Source: Vicugna vicugna (taxonomy: Eukaryota). From it: 64,000 bases of DNA. The position numbers were made by a program, and so were the translations under genes. Numbering within the stretch: the stretch's first letter is position 1; the number at the start of each line of letters is the position of its first letter. The notes below the pieces were generated by a model that had not been told where the DNA came from, made no database searches, and worked only from the letters and a program-made list of their open reading frames with translations. Of this stretch, positions 53,793 through 64,000 are shown piece after piece. The stretch covers positions 941,674 to 1,005,673 of the forward strand of contig MU057651.1 in NCBI GenBank assembly GCA_013265495.1. The letters run 5' to 3'.

Positions 53793-55555
53793 GTAATAGC
53801 TCCAGTAGCTTTTAATGAAGTGAAATAGTTCAAGTTTAGGTAGACATAACGTCTGCTAACGCTTAGGGTGGTTGTGATACATTCATCTGAACTTGTGCTT
53901 AGGGTATTTAATAGTCTGCTTGATAAATGACTTGCCTCGTCCCTTTATCTTGCCTTTCTCCTTATTTAACAGGGACTGTATGCTTCTATATTGTTTTAAG
54001 CTTCTGGCTGGACTGTTAAGTATTTAAAGACACTCTTTAAAAGCCCTTTTATGACTCTAGGGTCTAAATGCAATAAATTGAACTTCTTAGAAGGTCGTGT
54101 GAATAAACATTTCATGTCAATACTGATTATTAAATCTATATTTTATATGGACATTTGATGAAGAGAGCCAGTCTACCATTTTTTTCTTTTATAATTTGTC
54201 CTCTTTTGGCTGCTTCGATTAGGCTTGAAACCACATACTATAGCATTTACGTTTTGTTTTGCCATTGGCTGGCGAATCTTTTCTGGTTTCAAAGCTTCCT
54301 TCTTTCTGGTTCCATATTTTCATGTGGCTGAGGACATAGCTTAGATCCACTGCTACCAGCTAAAACGGAACAAGTAAATCCCAGTTTATCCCCACTCAGT
54401 CACTGTCAAGGGCTGTGCCATTCCCCAGCTCTCCAGATCTGCAGCTCTAGAGTCATTTTATACTTTTCTCTTTTGCCTTCAGCCTCGATTATCAAATCTT
54501 CCACCACGGTCTTATCATTTTCTTGTTATCTGCAGTAGTCTGATTCACCCCTTCTCCATTCTTTTGTAGACTCTCATGGCCTATCACATATTACTACAAC
54601 AGCCTTCTGGTTGGCCTCCCAGATTCCGGTTGCTCCGTAACCAGTCAACACTCCATTGCCAGGATAAGCATCCACAGATATCATTTTTACCATAGGCACC
54701 TCTAATTAAAAATTTGTAACATGATCAAATGTGAATTCTTCAGCTTCTTTTTGAAGTCTATGTGGCAATTATTTACCACCCTGGTTACCTCAATAACCTG
54801 TCTTCCTCCCTTCCTCCCTCTCGCCCTTCCTCCTACCAGCCTCTCTCCCTCCCACCTCTCTCCACCAACCTCATTTCTCTTGCTTCACATCTGAAGTTTC
54901 TACTCAAGCCACGCCTTACTTGCTGTGTCCAGTATGTGACTTACTATTTCCAAAGCTTTGGTCCTTTGTAAATGCCATTCCCTTCAGTTGAGATTCCTTT
55001 TATCCACATCACTGTCTGTTTATACCCTGCAGTATCTACTTCTAAAGATGTGGTTTAACAATTCTTTGGGGATGCTTTCCATGATTACATCTGACTGCTC
55101 ACTCGACACATTCAGTATCTCCTAAGCATGTATATGCCATTTGTGTTTCCAGTTGCTACTCTGTGTGTGTGTGTGTTTAGGCTCTGTTCTCTATTGATTT
55201 CCTGTCACCTCCAAACAGGTTGTAAATGTCTTGAGGGCAAGGGTCCAGCCCTGATTTCTCTTCTCCTTCTGCCTTAGTATCAGGCTCTCCACCCAAGAAG
55301 CATTCGATGCAGTTAGCTGATGTTTGAGCATTATTTTTTGACATGAACAAAGGTGAAAGCATATTCGCCCTTACAGGGTTAATCAGGGTTTCCATGTAGT
55401 CTTGTCTGCCATCTTTACTCAGACGTGGAATAACCAGGTAGAAGCAAGTATACTATTAGCTAAGCACTTAATTCTGTATTTTTTTTAACTGAAGTTCAAT
55501 TCAGTACGTATACTGAGCACCTGATATGTAACCAGGAATATGCTAAGTGCTTCAG

Positions 55556-55748
55556 CCCAGTTATTCTCAAATTCTTGCTTGCATCAGAATCCCCAGGAGG
55601 GCTTGTCAGAACCGAGATCACTGATCCCCACTGATTCAGAGTTTCTGACTTAGTAGGTCTGGGGTGGGGTCCAAAATTGTGCATTTCTGACAAGTTCCCA
55701 AGTAATGCTGCTGCCGCCGGTCCAGAGACCACACTTTGAGAACCAGTG
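55556..55748. mobile_element. MER5A (hAT-Charlie); similar copies at about 1282-1425, 15696-15860 and 61895-62060
   Basis: gcatcagaatccccaggagggcttg...gtttctgacttagtaggtctggggtgggg...tgcatttctgacaagttccca...accacactttgagaaccagtg. Confidence 0.85.
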
Positions 55749-57895
55749 ATGTAGGCAATACAGAGGGAGATCGAAGACATGATCTCTGGTTTCAAGGGAT
55801 TTACAGTCTCTTCAGGGAGACAAAGCAGGCTCAGGAAATATTTAACAGCAGAAAATATTGTAAAGTGTTTTAGTATTGATTCATTCAAGAAAATCTGAAT
55901 AAGTACTGTGTGCCCAGCACTGTTCTAGGTGCTGGGATTACATCACTGAACATGACAGACAAAAATCCTTGTTCTCATTGGGGAATTGTCATGGGAGAAA
56001 GCAGACAATAAATAAAATATGTAAAATGTAAGATACTGTGAAGTGCTAAGAAGAAGCAGCAAAGAGGGGGGATAGGAATTATAAGAAGGGGGTTGAAATT
56101 TTAGATAGGTGGTCATAGAAGGCCTCCCAGTTCCATCATTTGACAAGTATTTATCAAGTGACTATTATATGTCAGGCACTGTTATAGATGATGGTGATAC
56201 AGCCACAAATAACACAAATAATAAACCCTGCCCCTGGAGAATGGATACACTTATTTGGGAGCCAAGAAATCTGGGATTTTGGGTGTTAATTTTCGTCAAC
56301 TCATTAGGTGAGTGAAGGACTCCTTGCCCTCTCTGAGCCTTGGTTTCTCCACCTGTTAAATGGAACAGTTAGACAAAATTATGCCTGAAGTCCTATGCAC
56401 CTCTGAGGCTATAGGATGCTAAGTCCTTTAGGCAATTGGAAATATGTAAGAATACTTGAGGAAGACTTTGTAGAGGAGGAAAAACTTAAATGGTTTTCAT
56501 AGTCATATAGGAGCTTTGGGGTGTGGGAGGTGGGAAGTTAACTTCAGAAAAGGAATAACATGAGCAAAAACATGGAAGCAAGAGTGGGAGCTACATGTTC
56601 AATGAAGAGTAATGAGGTCAAAGGGTTCCCATTGTAGAGTAGCTCAGATAGTTAGATGAGGTGGGGGCTGATTATAGAGTCTTGGATGGAAACCCATGGA
56701 GGGTTTTGATCAGGAAATAACACGATTATACAATCAAAGCTGTGTTTTAGAAAGATTAACCTAGCAACCAGAGTTAAATTTACAAAATTCATGATTTTTT
56801 TTCCCATAAGATGATCTTTGAATCATGGAGAGCTAAAGCCGTGCTTTGTTTTACATTGCTGCCTGATGATAATATTGGTATCAAATTAATTTTCAGGTCT
56901 TTTTCAAGCCCTAAACCAGTAACAGTACTTGAACATGTTATTGTTTAGACTTAGGTTTTGAAAGCTTGGGAGATAAATTAGAATAGAAGATTCTTAATGT
57001 TTATACACTTTTGTATTCCTTGTTATTCCATGAAATATACGGTTGAATAGATATTGTGTTTATCTTCAACCAGGTATACACACACACATACACACACAGA
57101 GTAATCATTTAGAGTGGTGCAAATATCTCTAATATCAAGCTCTTCCCATCTGTTTGCTTGGTTATAGATAATACAAGGCAATATTCTTGGAGGTTATCCT
57201 CTTGTTTATTATTTTTAATCAACTGAGAAATATCCACATCTGTTGTGTGTTTCTTTTTCTCAAGGCTGAAAGTAGAATCTTCCTCCTAAAAGTAGTTACT
57301 CTGAAAGACAGCAATGATAGGGATTCACTGTTCAAAGAGTGGGTCATAGAGACCCAGAGAAAGGTGTCTCAGGCAAAAACAGAGGAGTACCTCTTGGATA
57401 CTGGTTATGTAAACACTCCAACCATAGCAAGTTTTACTTAACTTTCAGATCAAGTCATAACTTCTCAGAGACATAATGGTGAATTTAACAAATCATGACA
57501 GACCAAATCCTCAAAACTCTCATTTTTTAAGGGTAGCTTAAACACAAGTTGAAAATGACCTGAAAATACTTAACTATCATCAGAGTAAAATAAGCAAAAG
57601 TGACAATGATGGCTCTATTACAGTGGAAAGTGATTATTTTCCCTTTTATTTTCCAAATTCTGTGTAATGTTGCTAGATGTTCTATTTTAGAAAGTGGCAG
57701 CTTTCTTCAGAGTTGTCTTGAAAAATGAGGCACACCCAGAAAGAAATCTCCAGCGTTGCTGTTTGAAGGACAGCTACAATAGCTAACATGTCTAAAGAAC
57801 CTCGGGATCATAGAACCTAAAATGTTACTGGGTCACAGGGGTGGTATTGTTCCCTTTTATGTATGTCTAATTCTTTTTTTATTTCTTTTTAATAA

Positions 57896-58135
<240 letters not shown>

Positions 58136-58639
58136 TAAGTGCATTGTGTAATTGGTAAATGGGGCCAGGACATGAATTCCAAGAAATCATAGCCCAGCCC
58201 TGAGGCACCCCTCATCTAGATTAGAAGTTGGTACCCTTTCGAAATGACTTGCCTAATCTTCGTCTTGGGTAAGGAAGGCAGATCACCACCCCTAGCCTCA
58301 ACAGTGAGGACCTTCTGGAGATTGGAATGTAGGTCAGCGCATCATTTTGGCCCAGATACTTTGGACATGTCCACATAAACCCTCGCCTAAGCCTCAGACT
58401 CTGAGTCGTACAGCTGGAACAGAGGGAAGGTAGCAGCCAGATTCCCTTCCTCAACCTGCAACATCTTCTCATTTCCATTCTTGGTGCTAATCTCAGAATA
58501 AGCTTTATGAGCAGGCATCTTTCTATGTATAGTAATATCATCTCTTGTTCCTTTGTATTTTGAAGTAATTAACAAAATAGAATCCCTCTAAGAAATATAT
58601 GTCTAAGTAGAGTTACACTCCAAACCTCTAAAAACCTGA

Positions 58640-58785
58640 AAAGATGTTCCAGTTCAAAGGATCTATCATATTGAAGGACTTTATATGAGTCCATATGGGA
58701 TTACATGAAGTCATGTGTGTGAAACTTTTGAAAATTGTCAAGCACCATAGAATTTAAAGAATCTTTCATTCAATAAAAAAAAAAA
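58640..58785 (+). mobile_element. Poly(A)-tailed retroposon 3' end (L1/HAL1-like)
   Basis: ...gtgtgtgaaacttttgaaaattgtcaagcaccatagaatttaaagaatctttcattcAATAAA followed by an A run. The family is not firmly identified. Confidence 0.6.
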
Positions 58786-58789
58786 GCTT

Positions 58790-59380
58790 ACAAAAAGTAC
58801 AAAATGTCCCAAGGCATTCATTGCACACAGATGGGCGTTTATCATACCCTTGTGCAAAAGAAGTGTACAGAGCATTCAATGCAGAATTATTTTCAAAAAA
58901 GCAAGACAAATGGAGAAAATCTAAATGCTATCTGCATGGGCTTGGTTAAACATACCTAATCTATGGGACACCATACAGTTGTTAGAAAGAATGTGGTACA
59001 TCAAAATGTATTAAAGTTGTGCTGTATACCAGAAGTTGACACACTGTAAACTGACTATACTTAAATAAAAATATATATTTAAAAATGTAGTAAAGTGGAG
59101 GGATTGCCAAGATATACTATAAAAACAAAACAAGATACAGGATACAATTTATACTGTCATTTCCTTATGTAAAAATTGTGTGTGCATGCCTTAAATGTAT
59201 ATGAAAAGATCTAGAAGGTCACATATCAACATGTTAAAAGAATGAGACTCTCAGAGGGGTGGAAGTGGGCAGGAGGAAAGATAGTGTTCGATTTTTTATT
59301 TTGTATCTTCTGTATTTTTTGATGTTTTTCAATGAGCATGAATTCATTGTGCAATAACTCAAATTTAAATGATTTTTAAA
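58790..59380 (+). mobile_element. Old L1M(E)-type 3' remnant
   Basis: Degenerate L1 ORF2-end/3'UTR motifs (agcattcaatgcagaattattt, ccatacagttgttagaaagaatg). Confidence 0.55.
59018..59081 (+). mobile_element. 64-bp L1 3' tail with TSD, inside an older L1 remnant
   Basis: TSD aaaatgta(t/g)taaagt at 59003-59017 and 59082-59096. The body ...accagaagttgacacactgtaaactgactatactt is the reverse complement of the L1 end at 39891. Confidence 0.82.
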
Positions 59381-62300
59381 ACCTTAGGAGTTAGTTCTCA
59401 ACAAGCATTGTATATAAGGCAAGAGACTCCAGAATTATAGGTCAGGCCTGAGAATAGAGAGGGTGTTGATCCAGGACCTAATAAAGCGACCAGTACAACA
59501 TCACAGCATGGCTAAGGCCATCACATGTGCCACTTTTTACTTGCGTGCCCCCTACTTGCCAACACCCTCAGCCATGAAATGAAAGGATATGTATTTGCTT
59601 TATTCTCTAGTCATATTCTTTTCTAGACATGGCTGTTTCCAAATAAGTGTAGAAGAATTTGTGGGTGGAGTGGAGAATAATACTCTGGATATCTCAAAGA
59701 AGCAGCACTCCTGCAAGAAAGGGTGGGCTTCCCAGTTTGCAGGTTAATATAGGTCCCAAGGAAAGATTTTCTCCATCCAGCTCTATCTGCTTTGTACTGA
59801 GATTCCTTCCAGATCCTGACAGGAGATGATATCAGCCTCCGTGTTCTATGTTGTGCATTTCCTTTTTCTCAGCCCCAATTTTTTATCACGGTAGGAAGTT
59901 GAGAGTGCCTAAATTAGTGGCTGTCAATCATATGGTATATTCTAAGCCAAATTTAGTTCTCAGTCACCTTAAGCCCAGTGCCTTAGCCCCCAGCACTAAG
60001 CACCGTGGCCACCTCAGTGGTCTTGCTGGAAATGCCATTAATTAGCCTTTCTCCTTGACTTCATATCACACCGCCCCCACCTCCATCATTCTCTTTCAGC
60101 CTCATTGTTCTTCCTAAACTGCTGGTGATAGGGCTAGATTTTACCCGATACTTCCTGTAGCAAAAGAGGTAAGGTATAGGAGGCAGGACCTTGAAAGAGT
60201 TAGAGATTTTTCAAAGGAGTTCAAGACCTATCTTTAGAAACAAACATTTGGCCTGGTAGGCCAAAATGTCCAGATGGTTCCACTTTATTATAAATAAATA
60301 TTTTCCTTTGTTCTACAAGGAATAGATATTGTGGGATATGATTTGAATAATAAGTAGCATCTGTAGTAATGGGAAAGTATGTACCTGGCACATAGTCGGC
60401 ACCCAATAAATACATGCTGAATGAATGGGTTTGGAAGGTGGAGTGAAATGTACGTGTGTGTGTGTGTGGTAGAGGGTGGGGGGGTTCCTTAACATTAATG
60501 CACAGGACTTTGTCCCAAATCAGAAATTCTTCAAACTTATTAGAAGATAGGAGAATCCCTTCTGACTATCCTTTGCAGGCCCTACTTTCTGCATGGGAGA
60601 AAGGGCAGCCCTAACAACACATTTCCGATTCAGTGGATGGCCTCTTTAGTAGACTGTTCCTATTCCCAGGGGACCATCACAGCCTCGGTTCAACAGAAAC
60701 ACAGCTGATTGATTTATTTTGCCAAGTGGGCTGAAAACCATCAGTATACCAAGTTTTCTGAACTGTACACGAAGGAGAACCAATGGTTCAATGATGACTC
60801 CTTTGTAAAAACCTGGAACAGTTTCTGTTTGATTTCCAGATCATAACTTCATATGAACTGGTCCTTGTACCGTCAGGGGAAGCGTGTATATGTTTGTGGG
60901 GGCAGAGGGGCGGCTATGTGAGGAGAAAGAAGTAGGCACAGGATGGAAAGCCAAAACATGAAAGCAAGCATCATTTTGTTTTGGACAACAGCCAAACTCT
61001 GATTTTGCCCCCAGTGGATTACTCAGAGATTTCCCATTAGAGAAGTGAAAGAATTTGGGATAGAAACAATACGAGACAGATAAAAATCCATGTCTCATTC
61101 ACATTGTCAGGACAGTGCTCTGGATAGGAAACTGGCCTACGTCTCTCCCAGATAGGCATAGTCCTAGGTTACTTGTGACTAAGATATAATGTGCTCGTGG
61201 CTGTGTGGGTTCGAACGCAGTCTGAAGACTTTTTTTAAATTAAACTTTTTATTCTGTGATAAATGTAGATTCACTTGCCATTGTGAGAGAGAATGCAGAG
61301 AGATGGTGAGGACCGTTTACCCTCTTTCCCCCAATCGTAACATCCGGCCAAATGCACAAGATCAGAACCATGGAGGCACTTCTAAGGCCACTTCTACATT
61401 TTCATGTTTTCCTGTCTCTGCCAATAAAACCTTTATATATTAGACCTTAGAACAAGTAAAGAAGAAATTCCTGGGTAAGTCCTGCCTGCACTGCCGGGGA
61501 TTTTCCAACACCAGAAAAGAACTGTGTAACAGCCACCTCAAAAGCCTGAGATATTTGTCAGCCCTTCAAGTCAGTAAATCAAGTAATACCAAAATACTGA
61601 GCAGGAAAAAAAAAAAACAAAGCCTAGCTATTGGATCGTTTCTACCTAACTGGTTTTGACCTGCTCTCTCAAGCAGCCTATTCACAGCTGGTTTTAAAGA
61701 TAAGCTCCAATTTCACTTACAACTCCAAGGCGTTAATGCCTTTTTCTCCTTCGTTATAAGTTACAAGGTCAGACCGGCCCCTGGTAAGCCTCTTTCATTT
61801 GTTCGGGGGAGCGACTCTAAAAGAGCCATTACTCCTAAATCAAAATCACACATCAGCACCCCCATCCCCAAGCCGAAACAGAAGATCTTTTATCTCAGTG
61901 ATTCTCAACCTTGGCTTCATATTAGAGTCCCCTGAGGAGTCTATAAAAGTCTTGATGCCCAGGCCTCACCCCAGATCAATTCCATCAGAGTCCCTGGGGG
62001 TGGGACTAATATTTTCACAGCTCCCCAGGTGACTCCTTGTGCAGCGGAGAGACCAGTGGTGTGTGTGGTTGTGAATGCTGCAGCAGACTTCTCAATTGGA
62101 AAGAAATTTTCTTTGGAGCAGCTTTTAAGCAAATGTTTGTGGACCCCCGAGCTGGATCAGACGTGATCTCTCCTATGTCCTCCCACTCCGCCTCCTCCTC
62201 CTGTTCATCTTCCTCTCTCCCTCCCTGCTCTCCTGCCATCTCTAAAAACTCAGCCTTCGCTGTCACCCTGAATAAAGCCCCTCTCCTCTCTGGCCTCACT

Positions 62301-64000
62301 TTCTCTGTGTGTAAAACAAAAGACTTAAATAAGATGAGGTTTAGGGGAACTGACTGGTCTATATTTGGGCCTCTGATTAAAAACCCTTGAGGGTTTTTTT
62401 GTCTTGATTCATTTTTCTACCCTTATCATATTTCCAGGATCTGAGTCCCTGGTACCAAAGAACGGCTTTTCATCCTGTGTTCACCCTCATGAATCAGAGA
62501 ACTCTTTGTATTTGCAGCTTATCCTGGGTCAGCGACCCTCCCTCTCAAATTCTAGCCCCTTCGAACCCACTCCTTTTAGCATCAGTAGGACACCCACCAG
62601 CCAAACTGTCCTCTCTGTGTTCCTTTGGCAAAAGTTTGCCAAACTCCAGAAAGGACAGAACAATTTGTAATGGCCTTTGTGGAATGTGAGTGATTATGGT
62701 AGAAAAAGACATATGAGCCATTGTGGGAATGAAAAATATTTGCACTGAGAATCCTGTGTGCATAATAAATGGATGCAAATTCTTATTTGTGTGAGTTTTT
62801 ATAGCAATGCACCAGCATGGGCTCTTGTTAGATATAGAATAGTGTTCTCTTTCTCTTACTCCAGCTCCTGTTCACTCTCCCCTTCTCCCACCAGTGCCTC
62901 CCCCCGCCACCAGGAGAGTAATCATTCCCAAAGCTAAATTTGTAACATATGTGTCTATGGAACATAACTGTAATAAATGTTTTATGGGATGGTGGGGTCA
63001 GGGGACCCCATAACTACCTTCTCAATGTTGCCAGACATTTCTATCACTGAACATAAGGATCTTCCTTTTTAATTGCCTGCAAAAGGTTTTTTCATGAGTT
63101 TCACTCCCCACTCCTTTAACCCTAACAGTTACCCCTAAAACACAATGTTATTTGGCTTTAAGCCTTGAGATTCTGTTCTTCATCCATTCCATCCTCCTCC
63201 ACCCCAACTCTACCTAGGCTCCTGGGCGAGGGGTGGTAGCAGAACAGTGGCCTCATCATGTCTTGAACCCTTGCTGAAAGAGCAATGATTGGGTTACTTG
63301 TACTTCAAGACTCTAAGCTTCCAAGAGGGACCACAGCTTTCCTTCATTAATTCAAGAAGACTTTGATGAACACCTTCTAGATGCTAGACACTGTTCCAGG
63401 CACTGGAGATAAAGCAGTGAGCAAAACAAAATGGAGCTGACATTCTAGTACTGTCCTGCATGGCCCATTCTTCTGTCTATAAAACATTGGGGTGTCTCAT
63501 GATCTCATGATCTCATGCCACTGCCTGCATTTGGAGTCTTGGTACGTCTCATCTAGACTAGACTCCCATCTCTTCCTCCTATCCAGTTCACTCTACACAT
63601 TATCAGGGCTCAATGCTTTGAAACACAGTTCTGATTTTTTTCCCCTGTTCAAAAAAAAAAAAAACCCTCAAAGGCTTCTACACCCTCACCTCTATTGCCT
63701 ACCAAATAAAGTCCTCACCCCTTAGCCTGTCATTTCAAGTCCTCCATGATCTGGCTGTAACCCACTTTTGGAATGTTATCCTTCAACTGTTCCCTTTTAT
63801 GGACTCTGTGTTCTCTGCTACACCTTCTCAACTTGGAAATCTCTGCCTGGAATATTCCTCACCAACTCTGTCTGTAAAAAGTCTACTCACCCTTCATGGC
63901 CCAGGTCACAAACCCTCCCCGACTAGAAGCTCTCTCTCTTGTCCTAATTTGCACAGGATTTCATACTTCTCCTGTGGCCTCCATCACATTTGCCTTGCTT

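Noticed and set aside
61190..61225. tRNA/SINE B-box-like GGTTCGAAC
   Set aside because: No A-box, cloverleaf, tail or TSD.

Overview
Mammalian (eutherian) genomic DNA lying entirely inside the chordin-like 1 gene (CHRDL1/ventroptin, a secreted BMP antagonist, X-linked in human) on the + strand. Three internal coding exons are present: 33239-33384, 34842-34935 and 57900-57967. They encode the second vWC/CR domain and the linker after it. The rest is intron, rich in LINE-1, L2, MIR, MaLR LTRs and hAT/Tigger MER elements. The L1 3' ends and the lack of any Alu, B1, Bov-tA/BovB, PRE-1 or SINEC copy that I could see suggest a non-ruminant cetartiodactyl, probably a camelid (inference). The most notable structures are: (1) a 587-bp, CpG-retaining, class II/betaretrovirus-like solo LTR with a perfect 6-bp TSD, in sense to the gene (26456-27042); (2) a TSD-bounded L1 with both termini (40883-49184) hosting three younger L1 insertions, one of them a 5'-inverted twin-priming product; (3) a tail-less L1 insertion with a TSD; (4) a perfect nested tandem duplication (17764-17886); (5) NAGNAG acceptors and an in-frame-skippable 240-nt domain cassette in CHRDL1. 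I found no new protein-coding system. Almost all listed ORFs are spurious or L1-derived. Repeat family names come from recalled consensus motifs, not a database search, and boundaries of old repeats are approximate.
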